Part shown: positions 63,428 to 64,000 of the stretch, piece by piece
Position numbering within the stretch: position 1 is the stretch's first letter
Layout of the letters: each line of letters begins with the position of its first letter
NCBI RefSeq assembly: GCF_009914755.1
Contig: NC_060932.1
Length of the DNA stretch: 64,000 nucleotides
Origin: the human T2T-CHM13v2.0 reference genome, Homo sapiens
Direction: 5' to 3' (one strand)
The notes under the pieces: generated by a model
The model's database searches: none
What the model saw: only the letters and a program-made list of their open reading frames with translations
What the model was told of the DNA's origin: nothing
Position numbers and translations under genes: made by a program

Positions 63428-64000
63428 GGTACCTACAGTGAACTCAGTATTCAGATTCACAACAGTGATTAAGAAAACATTATCACTCAGAGAGTTTGTA
63501 ATGTGATAGAAAAGAAGAATGTCAAACATTTTTTAAAGTAAAAAGATTATGAAATAATGAAAACATTCAGGAAAATATGTTGATTCCTAGCAAGAATATA
63601 TAATAGTTTTTGTGAGAGAAGGATCATTGGATTCTTTCCTGAAAAAGTTGCTTTTGAGAAGACACTTGAAAGATAATAGCCATTATCCAGCAAATATGTT
63701 TGCAAGGAGAACAGGATACTCAAGGAATAGAAAACAGCATATGCAAAGTTATAGACTATGATCAAAAACATTTAAAAAAATTAAAAGACAGTAAATATAT
63801 TCAAGGTGGGCAGAACAAAGAGGATGTGGGGAAGAGGGGCTAAGATGAGACTTTACATACAGGAAGGGCCCTAATGAGCCATGTGAAGGAATCAAAGAAA
63901 GTGGAATATTTAGAACTAATGAAAAGTCCACTGAAGGGAGAATATTCTGGCTTTTCATATTTCTTACTTGGGCCTGTAAGACTGTGTGAGCTGCTTCTTG

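Overview
Primate (very probably human) nuclear DNA, AT-rich and CpG-poor, intergenic or deep-intronic. No host protein-coding exon, RNA gene, CpG island or CRISPR array can be supported; the recognisable ORFs are decayed L1 ORF1/ORF2 and Tigger4 transposase fragments, or Alu/simple-repeat artefacts. The window is a mosaic of L1s (nested L1PA16/L1PB1, a twin-primed young L1PA, a rearranged L1PA block, old L1M), 7 Alus, MaLR/ERV solo LTRs, a near full-length Tigger4 and a Tigger2a. The non-routine signals are: (1) a perfect 178-bp inverted repeat (19107-19284 / 19981-20158) with template-switch scars, enclosing a 696-bp segment that holds a MER61-type solo LTR (a candidate invertible cassette); (2) a young 3'UTR-only processed retrocopy with a 16-bp TSD, probable twin-priming inversion and a distal poly(A) site (30567-32028); (3) three further short spaced duplications of older age. 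I see no convincing new biological system; the best candidates are structural or mutational. Repeat subfamily names come from recalled consensus sequences and need RepeatMasker/Dfam confirmation.
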